IMG/VR virus record: IMGVR_UViG_3300042308_001616
Span: 184,752 to 248,751 of that record
Strand: one strand, 5' to 3'
Length of the DNA stretch: 64,000 nt
Part shown: positions 30,331-41,267 of the stretch, piece after piece
Layout: the number at the start of each line of letters is the position of its first letter
How positions within the stretch are numbered: position 1 is the first letter of the stretch
The notes under the pieces: generated by a model
Database searches by the model: none
Told to the model about the DNA's origin: nothing
What the model saw: only the letters and a program-made list of their open reading frames with translations
Translations under genes and position numbers: made by a program

Positions 30331-30406
30331 AATACAAAAATAAATATTTTATAGTCAATATCCTAAAATATATAAACAAATAAATCTTTTGTTTTATAAA
30401 AACAAC

Positions 30407-30742
30407 ATGCAGGACGTACATAAACTAACAACCAAATTAAAGCTACATTTCAAAGAGTTCGTTACCAACGTTAAAAAGGAGAACGAAGAAACACGTGCTG
30501 CATTCGAATTAATTCTTCGTGCGTCAAGAAAAGAGTTATTAGACGACGAGGGAAATCCCAGAAAACTAACCGAAAAGGAAAAAGAAGAAATTCGCCAACA
30601 AGCAGGTGATGTACTAAAAATGTTAGGTCTAACATCATTGACAATATTACCAGGAGGTACTCTGGTACTTATACTAATAAATGTGTTCAGACTAAACGAC
30701 CACCTTCTACCATCCAGCTTCAAAAAAATCAAAAAGCATTAG
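30407..30742 (+). CDS. LETM1-like small protein
   Basis: QAGDVLKMLGLTSLTILPGG...LLPSSF. Confidence 0.5.
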   Translation: MQDVHKLTTKLKLHFKEFVTNVKKENEETRAAFELILRASRKELLDDEGNPRKLTEKEKEEIRQQAGDVLKMLGLTSLTILPGGTLVLILINVFRLNDHLLPSSFKKIKKH

Positions 30743-30762
30743 TAGTATTTTATATATACTGC

Positions 30763-32148
30763 ATGAAAATTACGAAATATAACGAGTTCCTACTGGAAAA
30801 GGAGTTTCAGAGGATATTAGAGTCATTAAGACTAATTACAGAGTCAGAAGACACATACAAATTAGGAGATACAATCGAGTGGGACCTAAAAAAAGATAAA
30901 GGTACACCCGACGAACCAGCACCAGAAATGGAATGGACTTTCAAACCTAAATCTAAAATACAAAAGATGAAGGATAAAGTCTCTGACTTCACAAATTGGT
31001 TAAGAGAAGATGATCCAGAAATAGACTGGTCTGATTTTTCAGATGGAGTAAATCCTAATAATCCAATAATTATGTTTAAAAACTTTATCGAAAAGATAAA
31101 GGATAAAGAGAAAATAAAGGAATACTTTATTAGAGTAATCAAACAAATAAAGTCACTTCCTACAAACATAAAAAGAGATCTTCTCAAAAAACTATTAATA
31201 ATACTTGCAGTATATTGTAACACTATCAATGTACCATTGTCAAATATCGTAACATCCGATGTAACAAAGACAGAACCAATAACTGCTGAGATAATTACCG
31301 AAATAGAATCCAGTAAAGAACAACAACCTACAATAAAATCAAGTGAAGATAAACAGGCGTCCAATGGTGTAAATTTCGAAAAGGCACACAATATGGTTAT
31401 GGCCGTAGAGGGAGGCTACTCAGGAGACCGAGCAGACAACGGAAACTTCACCAACTGTAAGGGCGAGAGGATTTTCATAGGAACTAACCACGGAATAGCA
31501 ACACCTACACTGATAGAAGCAGACGTACTACCAAGAGGAAACACCAACACTCAAAATAAAGAAAAATATGTTTACAAGACGAGTCCTGAGAAGATGAAAG
31601 AACTATTCAGAAAATCTTATGGAGAAAACTACGAGAAATTATGTGGAACAGACGAGAAGACGTTCGCAGAGCAATGGGAGCTCGACCAAAAACACATAGT
31701 AAATCACAAGGATATTGAATACAAGTGGAACCAGATAATGCGCCACTTATCTGACGAGACCGCATTAGACATCTACCAAAAGTATTACTGGAACCCACAA
31801 AGTTTCGACAATTTCAAAAGCCAGTCAATAGCCAACGTTCTATACGACGCATGCGTTAACCAAGGATCAGGTGCTGCACTCTCCGTACTCAGAAATTCTA
31901 TGAAGAAACTAGGTCATAATGTAGAAGACATCGGTAGTTGGAATGAGTTCCACGAAAAACTTACACCGACCGTCAACAAGATGAACGACGCAGAGACCGA
32001 GAATCTGTTCGAGCTGATTAAAAAGGAGAGGATTAAAAGATACAAAGGCGCAGACACATTCGATGACCACGGAACGGGCTGGACCGACAGGGTAAAAGAC
32101 CTGACCTTCCAAGACGACGGTACTGTAAAAGATTCGGATATTTCATGA
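30763..32148 (+). CDS. Glycoside hydrolase family 108 (lysozyme) with N-terminal extension
   Basis: VEGGYSGDRADNGN, GTNHGI, IYQKYYW, DACVNQG, GWTDRV. Confidence 0.75.
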   Translation: MKITKYNEFLLEKEFQRILESLRLITESEDTYKLGDTIEWDLKKDKGTPDEPAPEMEWTFKPKSKIQKMKDKVSDFTNWLREDDPEIDWSDFSDGVNPNNPIIMFKNFIEKIKDKEKIKEYFIRVIKQIKSLPTNIKRDLLKKLLIILAVYCNTINVPLSNIVTSDVTKTEPITAEIITEIESSKEQQPTIKSSEDKQASNGVNFEKAHNMVMAVEGGYSGDRADNGNFTNCKGERIFIGTNHGIATPTLIEADVLPRGNTNTQNKEKYVYKTSPEKMKELFRKSYGENYEKLCGTDEKTFAEQWELDQKHIVNHKDIEYKWNQIMRHLSDETALDIYQKYYWNPQSFDNFKSQSIANVLYDACVNQGSGAALSVLRNSMKKLGHNVEDIGSWNEFHEKLTPTVNKMNDAETENLFELIKKERIKRYKGADTFDDHGTGWTDRVKDLTFQDDGTVKDSDIS

Positions 32149-32345
32149 AATACTTAAAAACATATGAAGAGGTTATAAATATTCCAATTGAAGTAGGAGA
32201 TACCATACTGGGAGGAAGGTTCAAAAACAAAAAGACCGTAGTAAAAAAGATAGGAAAGAACGCCAAAGGCGACATAACCGTCAATGGAAAACCATTACTA
32301 AAGTACAGACTAATAAACCGTTCAGAAACGGAGTCGTCGAAATAA
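32145..32345 (+). CDS. Small hypothetical protein with capsid-targeting-like N-terminus
   Basis: Starts MKYLKTYEE. Confidence 0.6.
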   Translation: MKYLKTYEEVINIPIEVGDTILGGRFKNKKTVVKKIGKNAKGDITVNGKPLLKYRLINRSETESSK

Positions 32346-32370
32346 TATATAAATAAACAAAATAACAGAG

Positions 32371-32895
32371 ATGGATAGCAACAACTGGCAAAGAAGAGAT
32401 ATGGGTGCAACTGCGACAAGTGGTGACCAACTAATAACGAGATACTACGGATATTCAAATGTAGTAAACGCAGCAGACACCGATGCAGTTTTCTGTATAA
32501 AGAAAATAACCTTTAGTGGAGGTGTTGATAGTGTTAAGTGGAACGATAATACATTTAGTAGTTATAATGCCAAATGGTCGGAAAGAGCTGCTAACTTTAT
32601 TGCACCATCTGGTGCATTAGGATTCACTTATAGTGGTACGAATCCAGTAACATTTTCTTGGAATAGACTGAGTGGTACCAACCAATACGACATAACTGTC
32701 AGAAATTCAAGAGGTGATTTAGTGAGTAAGGATGGTGGATTCCAGATATACAATAAAGACTACACTATCACTGAAAGATATTATAATTCTACATCACACA
32801 CTCAAAGAATTACACAACCAGACACTTACCAAATTGTGTTGAGTGCGAATAACGCAGCAGGTTCACTAACCGCAACACATTCATATACATTATAA
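32371..32895 (+). CDS. Hypothetical beta-rich, probably virion, protein
   Basis: Late box upstream; terminator downstream. Confidence 0.55.
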   Translation: MDSNNWQRRDMGATATSGDQLITRYYGYSNVVNAADTDAVFCIKKITFSGGVDSVKWNDNTFSSYNAKWSERAANFIAPSGALGFTYSGTNPVTFSWNRLSGTNQYDITVRNSRGDLVSKDGGFQIYNKDYTITERYYNSTSHTQRITQPDTYQIVLSANNAAGSLTATHSYTL

Positions 32896-32980
32896 TAAAA
32901 AATATAATAAAAAAAGAAAGCCGGGAAACCGGCTTTTGTCATTAACTAAACTTACACAAAAATTTTAAGTATAATAGAAC

Positions 32981-33565
32981 ATGATAATATCTAAAAAAAC
33001 AAGACTCGCCGCAGCATTAGTACTAGCATTTATGCTTATGCTAATGACATCACTATTCTCAACTGCACTTAAGCAAAAATCCGTAAGGAAAATTGAGAAG
33101 AAAACCATTCTGAATGAAAGAACAAAGAATATTACAAAAAAAACTGAAAAGAAAAGTAATAGTAAAAAGTCAGTTCAGAAAAATAAACCCGTAAAAACGG
33201 AAAAAATAACAAAAACTGAGAAAAACGACACCTGTCAAAAAAATCAGGAACTAGTAGTAAATACCAAACAAGATAGTATTTCAAACAATAATGAAATACA
33301 ACACAAAGCAACATGGTATAAAACAGAAGGTACTAGAGTACATAAAGAACATCCAGAGATACACGGAACTGCAGCATATAATTTTGTTCCAAGAGGAACA
33401 AGATTATTGATTACTAATATAAATAATAATAAAAGCTGTGTGGTAGAAGTAACTGACAGGATGGGACAACAAAAGAAAAATTACATAGACCTAAGTTATA
33501 AAGCATTTGGTACAATTGCAAACCACGCATATGGTAAAATAAAAGTACTGGTCAAAATACTTTAG
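32981..33565 (+). CDS. RlpA-like (DPBB) lytic transglycosylase with signal anchor
   Basis: KATWY, TAAYNFVPRGTRLLITN, VEVTDR, IDLSYKAFGTIA. Confidence 0.8.
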   Translation: MIISKKTRLAAALVLAFMLMLMTSLFSTALKQKSVRKIEKKTILNERTKNITKKTEKKSNSKKSVQKNKPVKTEKITKTEKNDTCQKNQELVVNTKQDSISNNNEIQHKATWYKTEGTRVHKEHPEIHGTAAYNFVPRGTRLLITNINNNKSCVVEVTDRMGQQKKNYIDLSYKAFGTIANHAYGKIKVLVKIL

Positions 33566-33567
33566 TT

Positions 33568-34008
33568 ATGAAAAAGATAACGGCAGAGGAACTCGGAGAA
33601 TATAGGCTCACAAAGATAACTTACGGACACGGAGGTAAAGAGCACAAAGAATTTGAAGAAGGAATGAACTTCGAAACTATAATTGCATTCACTGCACTCT
33701 ATTCGAACCTCTGTACAAAAATAAGAAGACGAAACATAGTTGCTGATTGGGTTTGGGCACCAGATGTAACAATTGAAAACTTACTTAATGTATTAGACAA
33801 TCAAGGAGTAAGGTATAAAATCACGGATCACACCGATACATATTACACATCACCCGAAAAAATAAGTGCTCTAAGAGAAGAGATAGATCAGTGGATGGAG
33901 AAAAACATAGACTTTGATACCGTATTAGATAGAATCGCTGCCGTAGGAGTAGACGGAATATCACGTACAGAGAAAAGAATACTCGACAAAAAATCAAAAA
34001 CACTATGA
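33568..34008 (+). CDS. Hypothetical protein with DUF6576-like C-terminus
   Basis: DFDTVLDRIAAVGVDGISRTEKRIL. Confidence 0.6.
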   Translation: MKKITAEELGEYRLTKITYGHGGKEHKEFEEGMNFETIIAFTALYSNLCTKIRRRNIVADWVWAPDVTIENLLNVLDNQGVRYKITDHTDTYYTSPEKISALREEIDQWMEKNIDFDTVLDRIAAVGVDGISRTEKRILDKKSKTL

Positions 34009-34253
34009 ACGTAAAAAAATCAGGTGGAATAAACATCACTATGGTACTACTAATAGTATTTGTAGTATTGAAACTCACTAAAAATATAGATTGGAATTGG
34101 TTATGGGTACTTTCACCAATACTGATACCACTAACCATAGTTGTAGTTGCAGGTGTATTATTAGGTATAGTAAATTTGATACTAATAGGTCTCGGAATTC
34201 AGAAAATAGAGAATTTCTTTGAAAAAAATGAAAATGACGATGAACGGAAATAG
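34005..34253 (+). CDS. Small membrane protein
   Basis: VFVVLKLTKNIDWNWLWVLSPI. Confidence 0.65.
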   Translation: MNVKKSGGINITMVLLIVFVVLKLTKNIDWNWLWVLSPILIPLTIVVVAGVLLGIVNLILIGLGIQKIENFFEKNENDDERK

Positions 34254-34866
34254 ACACATAGGTATAGAGGGTGGTATAAAAATTTTTACAGACCGAAAGT
34301 CAGTATACACAGACTACCCTACCGCAAAAAAATGGGTCAAAAGCCTATTTTCATTATCCGAAAATAATAAGGACAAGAAAAAACTAACATTCCAATACAC
34401 ATGCACGTTCGGTATGCCTACCGATACACGCGATTTAAAGGAATATATGGACGATGCAACATACGCCGCATCTTTACACTATGACGAAAGAATAAAACAC
34501 GAATTGTCTAAAACAGACATAAGACTTCATGTTTCCTATGAAGGTATGTCAATAAATGGAAAAATGCCAAAAGGTATTATACCAGAAAAAGTTATGTCGA
34601 TGATATGTGAAGTTGTTAAGGTAAGAATGTTAGTAGAATATGAGATACATGGTGACGAAGAAATAAAACTAAGTATACCAAAATTAGATGAAACTAAGGT
34701 AGATATAAATCTCATAAATAAAGAACTAAATGCCGTAAGAGAACAGATTGGCGAAATTGAACCATTAGATATAGACACAATATTGGATAAGATAACTAAG
34801 TATGGAATGAACTCAATAACACAAAGTGAATTAGAGTTCCTTAACCAACAGAGCCGCCGCCTTTAA
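34219..34866 (+). CDS. Hypothetical protein with DUF6576-like C-terminus
   Basis: DIDTILDKITKYGMNSITQSELEFL. Confidence 0.6.
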   Translation: MKKMKMTMNGNRHIGIEGGIKIFTDRKSVYTDYPTAKKWVKSLFSLSENNKDKKKLTFQYTCTFGMPTDTRDLKEYMDDATYAASLHYDERIKHELSKTDIRLHVSYEGMSINGKMPKGIIPEKVMSMICEVVKVRMLVEYEIHGDEEIKLSIPKLDETKVDINLINKELNAVREQIGEIEPLDIDTILDKITKYGMNSITQSELEFLNQQSRRL

Positions 34867-35125
34867 TATTCACTGAGTATTTATCAACCTCAAGATTGGA
34901 GTCCTCTAAATCTCTTAGATCACTAACCTCACTAGGATCTCCTTTCTTCCTTTTTACATTACCAGAAATGGTAGAAGAACCATCACCACTACCCGATTCT
35001 GCAGGAACACCAGGTGTCGCTCCAACCACCGCGTTAGAAACCGGACCCATTCCGGAAGTTGTGGATGCATTCGCCGCAGCGACACCATCCTCGAGGAACA
35101 TCCTCCAATTTTTCAATACTTTCAT
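34841..35125 (-). CDS. Hypothetical protein with capsid-targeting-like N-terminus
   Basis: Starts MKVLKNWRMFLED. Confidence 0.55.
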   Translation of the reverse strand: MKVLKNWRMFLEDGVAAANASTTSGMGPVSNAVVGATPGVPAESGSGDGSSTISGNVKRKKGDPSEVSDLRDLEDSNLEVDKYSVNIKGGGSVG

Positions 35126-35394
35126 TATTTATAATATATATTTTGCCAAAGATTTGGAAGACTTTTGAAAGTAGACATACCACCCGTACTAAGATTGAGT
35201 TCCTTGGCTATCTTCTCTGCCAATTCACGTGAATATTTACCATCAGAATACCATTGTTCTATCAACGGCCAGTAAAATTCACGTAAATGTCTAATCTGTT
35301 CAGGAAAAAGGTTATACTTATTCAAGAATCTAAACATTTCGTTAGCCCACTCCTCAACATCCATATAGGACTCAAAAGTTTTCAAATAAATCAT
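35125..35394 (-). CDS. Hypothetical protein with capsid-targeting-like N-terminus
   Basis: Starts MIYLKTFESY, just after a TATATA box. Confidence 0.6.
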   Translation of the reverse strand: MIYLKTFESYMDVEEWANEMFRFLNKYNLFPEQIRHLREFYWPLIEQWYSDGKYSRELAEKIAKELNLSTGGMSTFKSLPNLWQNIYYK

Positions 35395-35415
35395 AGAGTA
35401 TATATAAAACCACAA

Positions 35416-35901
35416 TCACACTAAATCATCAAGTGTGATCTGTCTTCGAAGTGCAGTTATAATATTATTCTTTTTGTTTAAATTATAGTCAAAGTAAAAC
35501 TCGTGTTCGAAGTTATCACATACAAAATTTTGAAATTCTATCCATAGATTAGCATGAATTGATCCTTTGTTTCTTACAGTTTCTCTGAAGTAGGGAAAGT
35601 AAACTATCTTATCAAACATCTCTACATCCCATAAAAACCTAATCAAACCATTGAAGTTTAACTCATCATTTATAAAGAACATATATTGTTCACGAACGAA
35701 TATATGTTTCTGTCTTATTTTGGTCAAATTGACACGATCAATTTTTTTGGTACAGAAACCAAAACCATTAGGTATTTTTTCTCCCCAAGAGTGTAACATA
35801 ACCATATCTTCACAAAGAAGACCCTCAAACAGACCTACATGTGGTGCAAATCTATTTGGATCCCATAAACTACTTACATCAATTTCTACCCACCTAATCA
35901 T
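35416..35901 (-). CDS. Hypothetical protein with C-terminal tag
   Basis: Ends RRQITLDDLV. Confidence 0.6.
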   Translation of the reverse strand: MIRWVEIDVSSLWDPNRFAPHVGLFEGLLCEDMVMLHSWGEKIPNGFGFCTKKIDRVNLTKIRQKHIFVREQYMFFINDELNFNGLIRFLWDVEMFDKIVYFPYFRETVRNKGSIHANLWIEFQNFVCDNFEHEFYFDYNLNKKNNIITALRRQITLDDLV

Positions 35902-35935
35902 ACAACAAATATAAACATTCGTTTTATAATAAACT

Positions 35936-36262
35936 ATGATGACCGAACAACAATTATTAGAAGAAGGTTACGCACCAGCACTCGCAAGGATCGTATCCAG
36001 GGTATTGAAAGATGTCCAAAAAATACATGGTTTCGAACTAATACAAGCTAGACCATGGAAGTCCAATTTGGGAAAAATAATGCCAAATATAGGTGATCGT
36101 ATCGAAACTGAAATAAGAAACTACATACAGGGACAAGAAATAATACTCACCGATCAAAGAAGAAGGGAAGTTTCTAATAACCTAGAACAAATTCACGACG
36201 AATACGGTAACCCATACATATCCACAGAGTGGATTAATCAAAACATACTAAAAAATAAATAG
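35936..36262 (+). CDS. Hypothetical protein
   Basis: ORF track; start of operon. Confidence 0.55.
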   Translation: MMTEQQLLEEGYAPALARIVSRVLKDVQKIHGFELIQARPWKSNLGKIMPNIGDRIETEIRNYIQGQEIILTDQRRREVSNNLEQIHDEYGNPYISTEWINQNILKNK

Positions 36263-36269
36263 TAATAAA

Positions 36270-36581
36270 ATGAGTAAAGTCTGGAAGATAAAAACTAATA
36301 TGACAGAGCAGGAAAATAAACAGCTTATGTCAAATATGACAGAAGAAGAACATGAGCTTATGACCACATTAGAGCTTAGATTGTCAATAGATGTAATCGA
36401 AGAAGAGACAATAACCTCTTTCGTAGTCTGTAATGAAATTAACCTCGAAAAACTTAAGTCATTGTTATTAAATCACAACGTGAAATTTGATGTCGAAGAT
36501 ACAACCGAATTCTTTGTCAACGAAGAAGTAAGCGTAGATGACCTTTCTGACGATTACATATATGAAAAACTCGGAATTTAA
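36270..36581 (+). CDS. Hypothetical protein
   Basis: ORF track. Confidence 0.55.
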   Translation: MSKVWKIKTNMTEQENKQLMSNMTEEEHELMTTLELRLSIDVIEEETITSFVVCNEINLEKLKSLLLNHNVKFDVEDTTEFFVNEEVSVDDLSDDYIYEKLGI

Positions 36582-36595
36582 AAAATAAATACATA

Positions 36596-37666
36596 ATGAA
36601 ATTAGACGAAAAATTTTTAGAGACATATCTAAATAGTAACGCACCAACAGGATTCGAATATGAATTAGGTGGCCAAAAAGTTTGGATGGATTATATCTCC
36701 AAATATGTAGACAAAGTTGAATTGGATAACTACGGCACCGCATATGGTGTTATGGGTAACTTAGAATCAGACTTCAAAGTAGTAATTGAAGGTCACGCAG
36801 ATGAGATTTCATGGTTCGTAAACCATATAGATTCAAAAGGATACATACGTGTAATAAGAAATGGTGGATCAGACGCAACAATTGCACCATCTATGCGAGT
36901 TACACTATGGGGCGATAAAGGCCCAGTTGATGGTATATTCGGACATCCTGCTATACACATCTCTTACAGAAAAAAAGAAGCCGATTTAGATTCTATCTTT
37001 ATTGATGTAGGTGCGGCAAGTAAAGATGAGGTTATTGAAATGGGTATAAACATCGGAACTGTTATAACATTTAAAGACCAATTTATGAAATTAGGCAATG
37101 ATTACTATACAGGTAGAGCTTTAGATAACAGAATTGGTGGTTTTATGATTGCAGAAGTTGCAAGACGATTAAAAGAGAAAGGTAAAGAATTACCATTCAA
37201 ACTTTATATCGTAAATTCAGTTCAGGAAGAAATTGGACTTAGAGGCGCACAAATGATTACACAAACTATAAAACCAAATGTCGCAATTATAACAGATGTT
37301 TGCCACGAAACATCATCTCCTTGTTACAATCCTATCAAAGAAGGCGAACACGTTGCTGGTCAGGGTGGTGTAATTACCAGAGCTCCTGCCGTTCACAATA
37401 AACTAAGAAAATTAGTATTGGACGTTGCAGATAAAAAGAAAATTCCACACCAATTAGCAGCTAGCTCAACATCTACCGGAACAGATACTGACGCATTCGC
37501 TTATTCAAATGGTGGAGTTCCTTCAGTTCTTATTTCACTACCATTGAAATATATGCACACAACCTGTGAAACTGTTCATAAAGATGATGTTAAGAATGTT
37601 ATTAAGCTAATCTATCACACACTTCTAAATATTGAAGAAGATCATAACCTAAAATATAATTCATAA
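36596..37666 (+). CDS. M42-family aminopeptidase
   Basis: EGHADEI, ALDNRIG, VQEEIGLRGA, GTDTD, PLKYMHT. Confidence 0.9.
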   Translation: MKLDEKFLETYLNSNAPTGFEYELGGQKVWMDYISKYVDKVELDNYGTAYGVMGNLESDFKVVIEGHADEISWFVNHIDSKGYIRVIRNGGSDATIAPSMRVTLWGDKGPVDGIFGHPAIHISYRKKEADLDSIFIDVGAASKDEVIEMGINIGTVITFKDQFMKLGNDYYTGRALDNRIGGFMIAEVARRLKEKGKELPFKLYIVNSVQEEIGLRGAQMITQTIKPNVAIITDVCHETSSPCYNPIKEGEHVAGQGGVITRAPAVHNKLRKLVLDVADKKKIPHQLAASSTSTGTDTDAFAYSNGGVPSVLISLPLKYMHTTCETVHKDDVKNVIKLIYHTLLNIEEDHNLKYNS

Positions 37667-37781
37667 AATGATTATTTTACTATTGATAATTGGTATAACA
37701 TCCTCTATTATAAATAAAGAATTCATCGAAAAACACATCGTTTCGGAATTAGATCCAGACGACGAAAACTTCTAAAACGAA

Positions 37782-38438
37782 ATGAAATTTTTCATAGACA
37801 CCGCAGACCTAAAACAAATAAAAGCTGCAAACCAAATGGGAATACTCGACGGAGTAACCACAAACCCATCACTTATGTCAACCGTAGGTGTAAAGGGTAA
37901 AGAACAGATATTGAATCACTATTTAGAAATATGTAAAATTGTTGATGGTCCTGTTTCTGCCGAAGTTTTGGCAACAGATTACGATGGCATGATTTCTGAA
38001 GGTATAGAACTAAGTAAACTACACCCAAACATTGTAGTTAAGTTACCAATGACACACGATGGTGTAAGAGCCATAAAATACTTAAGTTACCTGAATATAA
38101 AAACAAATTGTACACTAATATTCTCAGTAGGACAAGCATTGGTTGCGGCAAAAGCTGGTGCCACTTATGTTTCACCATTTGTTGGACGATTAGACGATAT
38201 ATCATCCGATGGGTTAAAACTAATAAAAGAAATAAAATCTGTTTTTGATAACTATTCAAATTTAAATACCAAAGTACTTGCCGCATCAATAAGAAACACA
38301 ATGCACGTTATCGATTGTGCTAAAATCGGTGCAGATGTCGTAACGGCACCTCTAAGTGTTTTACAATCACTAATAAGTCATCCACTAACTGATAGTGGTA
38401 TGAGTAAATTCATACAAGACACACAAAAGTTTATCTAA
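37782..38438 (+). CDS. tal: Transaldolase (TalC/FSA family)
   Basis: [19 protein letters not shown] (Schiff-base Lys), [25 protein letters not shown]. Confidence 0.92.
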   Translation: MKFFIDTADLKQIKAANQMGILDGVTTNPSLMSTVGVKGKEQILNHYLEICKIVDGPVSAEVLATDYDGMISEGIELSKLHPNIVVKLPMTHDGVRAIKYLSYLNIKTNCTLIFSVGQALVAAKAGATYVSPFVGRLDDISSDGLKLIKEIKSVFDNYSNLNTKVLAASIRNTMHVIDCAKIGADVVTAPLSVLQSLISHPLTDSGMSKFIQDTQKFI

Positions 38439-38503
38439 AGAATTTTGTAATCAGTGACTGCAAAATCCGGCAATATTGCCGGATTTTTTTATATATTTAC
38501 AAT

Positions 38504-38758
38504 ATGAACAAACTTGACAACGAAATAATCGATTGTGCCGTTACCGACGGCTTCACCTACAAGCAAGATGACACACTCGAAGTCATACGTGCGCAGTTCC
38601 ACAGCGGAAAGGATATGGGCGAGTGGTGGATAAAGGTGACAAGCAACACCACCGAAAAGGGAATGATATTTGGTCAAAACATACGAAGAGTGACCGACGA
38701 AGACATGAAACAATGGAGAAGAGATAAAAAGATTGACGAAATACTACCTAATCCTTAG
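38504..38758 (+). CDS. Hypothetical protein with C-terminal tag
   Basis: Ends RRDKKIDEILPNP; TATATTTAC promoter just upstream. Confidence 0.6.
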   Translation: MNKLDNEIIDCAVTDGFTYKQDDTLEVIRAQFHSGKDMGEWWIKVTSNTTEKGMIFGQNIRRVTDEDMKQWRRDKKIDEILPNP

Positions 38759-39643
38759 TCTCTGACCAACCATAAGCCATTTCAATTCATCTATACCATT
38801 CAAACGACAGAGATCCTGAACGGATATATTATTTTTTTCAGCTATTTTATTTAGACAATCACCTTTTTTAACAACGTAATAACTACGCATCTGAACAGGT
38901 GTCGAGTTCGAAACCAATTTACCACTTAACGGTAGCATAACACCCGCAACAAACTCCACAGACTCAAACTCATCAATAACAACACCAGTAGGAATAAGAG
39001 GTGCTGCACCCCTAAGTATTTTAGGACTTATAGTCAATCTGTCAGAGTGAACCGATTTTTCTTTAAAGTCCACAACAAACTCCGGATCTATATTCACATC
39101 ATAAAACCTAACTTCGAAATGTAAATGCGGTCCAAATGAATAACCAGTATTACCTCCCAGACCTAACAAATCACCCGCTTTTACAATTTGTCCACTTACA
39201 ACCTTTATTCTACTTAGATGTGCATAATATGTTTCCAATCCGTTACGATGCCTAACCACCACAAGATTTCCATAACCACCACGATTCATCATTGCATAAC
39301 GAACCACACCATCCCATGCAACTCTAACAGAATCACCAACTCTTAATGCAATATCAACACCAGGATGCCACTCACCATGTCTATTACCAAAATGTGAAGT
39401 CATATAACCATCAAATGGTATATAAACAGGATCAATCTCAATAGCAACACTATCAACCATCGACATCACAACAGATATGTTACTTTGAGACCTTGTCATA
39501 TTAGGTAACCAGTTCTGAAGCTTTGAAATTGAACTCGAAATAAACATACTACGATGCACCGAATCAACCGCATAATTAGTACTATCCTGTGTAAAAGAAA
39601 TCGATGAAAAGATAATTGATAATAAAAAAAGAAATAACCTCAT
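38744..39643 (-). CDS. M23 metallopeptidase with LysM domain and signal peptide
   Basis: HPGVD, GYGNLVVVRH, YYAHLS, GPHLHFEVR; YVVKKGDCLNKIA. Confidence 0.9.
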   Translation of the reverse strand: MRLFLFLLSIIFSSISFTQDSTNYAVDSVHRSMFISSSISKLQNWLPNMTRSQSNISVVMSMVDSVAIEIDPVYIPFDGYMTSHFGNRHGEWHPGVDIALRVGDSVRVAWDGVVRYAMMNRGGYGNLVVVRHRNGLETYYAHLSRIKVVSGQIVKAGDLLGLGGNTGYSFGPHLHFEVRFYDVNIDPEFVVDFKEKSVHSDRLTISPKILRGAAPLIPTGVVIDEFESVEFVAGVMLPLSGKLVSNSTPVQMRSYYVVKKGDCLNKIAEKNNISVQDLCRLNGIDELKWLMVGQRLRIR

Positions 39644-39781
39644 ATATACAAATTGTGCTAATTTTATAAAAGCAAAAGTTTTATACTTAAAAAATCACAC
39701 AAAGCCCATAAACAGAGCCATATTTTTTTATACTTTCATTATATATTAATATTTACTATATTAGCAATAAATAAAATAAAA

Positions 39782-40189
39782 ATGTTACTACATATTGGTG
39801 ATTTAGAAATAAGCTTCTATAATGATTCACATAGTGAGAGTGTAAAAACATTGAATAAGAAAAAGATTGTAACACTCAATATAAACTTCTACATTAGTGA
39901 TGAGCCAGGTAAAGCATCATCTTCAAAAAAAGAATTAGATGAATCTATTGCATATGAAAAAATATGTAAAACCAATATGCCTATCACAATAATAACATCA
40001 AAACACAACTACAACTGGGTTTTCGAAGGAGTTAAACTAATTGATTTCGAAAAAGATTGTAAAATAAATAAATTCTTCCCCGGTAAAATAATAGAAACAA
40101 AAATGACTTTTGAATTCTCCAATTGTTATGGGACAAAAGACCTTACCGCAGCAAAGAGAACAATTACTCTAAACAAACTCGGCATATGA
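39782..40189 (+). CDS. Hypothetical protein with C-terminal tag
   Basis: Ends KRTITLNKLGI. Confidence 0.6.
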   Translation: MLLHIGDLEISFYNDSHSESVKTLNKKKIVTLNINFYISDEPGKASSSKKELDESIAYEKICKTNMPITIITSKHNYNWVFEGVKLIDFEKDCKINKFFPGKIIETKMTFEFSNCYGTKDLTAAKRTITLNKLGI

Positions 40190-40689
40190 ACAAAATCTGG
40201 ATAATAAAACCACAGTACCTCGAAGAGGTCATTATACACACCGAGGACGAACTGCACCAATGGTGCCATAACATATTCACATCGAACAAGCACCAGTTCA
40301 TGGGAAAAATAAACATAAAGGAGATAGAAATAGCGAGTGAGTCCGACATAGACTTCGATGGCTACGTAGAATCGATGATACGAAACTCCAGGATAGAGGG
40401 CCTTATCGAAGACAGTACACCATACAGAGTCGATTTAGAGGACTTCTTCAACGTAATACCCAAAGAACTTGACGACAGGATAGACTGGATAAGAAAGTGT
40501 ATTGACCTAAACGGATGGAAAGAAAGCTACTGTCGTAAAATACTCGGCACCTACAAAAGGGTATTGACTAAAACAATACCATCAAAAATAGATGAAGGAA
40601 AAAGACAAGAATACTTCGATAAACTAGCTAAGGTAAAAAACTTTGAACCAGATAATAAAGTAAATATTAACACAATCAAAATAAAATAG
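40186..40689 (+). CDS. Hypothetical protein
   Basis: ATGA overlap with previous gene; internal RNSRIEGLI. Confidence 0.6.
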   Translation: MNKIWIIKPQYLEEVIIHTEDELHQWCHNIFTSNKHQFMGKINIKEIEIASESDIDFDGYVESMIRNSRIEGLIEDSTPYRVDLEDFFNVIPKELDDRIDWIRKCIDLNGWKESYCRKILGTYKRVLTKTIPSKIDEGKRQEYFDKLAKVKNFEPDNKVNINTIKIK

Positions 40690-40750
40690 AGGTATAACAC
40701 CGCACTAAACATACGGAAAACATTCCGTATAACTAAAAAAATAGTGCAAA

Positions 40751-41050
40751 ATGAAATTCGACGAAGAGTTCAATAAAAACTTCAAAATAGGCAAATATTA
40801 CTCCTGTGAACTAACACCATACGATCCAATTTACAGATTAAAAATTCTCGAGATTGAAGAGAGATGTCTAGTACTCGACATAAACGGGCACCTACCAAAC
40901 TTCTGGCGTGACGAGGAAGATACAAAGGAACTACTAAAAGGTGATCAACCAGGCACTTATTGGCTCGATAAAGGTCTATTAGACACATTCTTCTTTGAAG
41001 ATATCGAAACCAATAGAGAACAAGCACTAAATGAAATTGGTATCAAATAA
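40751..41050 (+). CDS. Hypothetical protein with C-terminal tag
   Basis: Ends REQALNEIGIK. Confidence 0.6.
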   Translation: MKFDEEFNKNFKIGKYYSCELTPYDPIYRLKILEIEERCLVLDINGHLPNFWRDEEDTKELLKGDQPGTYWLDKGLLDTFFFEDIETNREQALNEIGIK

Positions 41051-41083
41051 AACTTATTCATTATAAATATATATAAATCAAAC

Positions 41084-41168
41084 GGAGAGTTGGCAGAGTG
41101 GTCGATTGCGGCAGTCTTGAAAACTGTTGAACCGCGAGGTTCCGTAGGTTCGAATCCTACACTCTCCG
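41084..41168 (+). tRNA. tRNA-Ser(TGA)
   Basis: Cloverleaf; gcagt-ct-TGA-aa-actgt; long variable arm. Confidence 0.92.
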
Positions 41169-41211
41169 CAAAATAAAAATAAAAAATAGTAGGATATACG
41201 AAACTTTAACG

Positions 41212-41219
41212 TATATTTG
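41212..41219 (+). promoter_or_regulatory. Bacteroidota sigma-A -7 box for tRNA operon 1
   Basis: TATATTTG matches TAnnTTTG; a TATATA late-type box follows at ~41252. Confidence 0.65.
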
Positions 41220-41267
41220 TCTTATAAAACAAAAAGGGAAGTAAAAAACTTTATATATACACTTACA

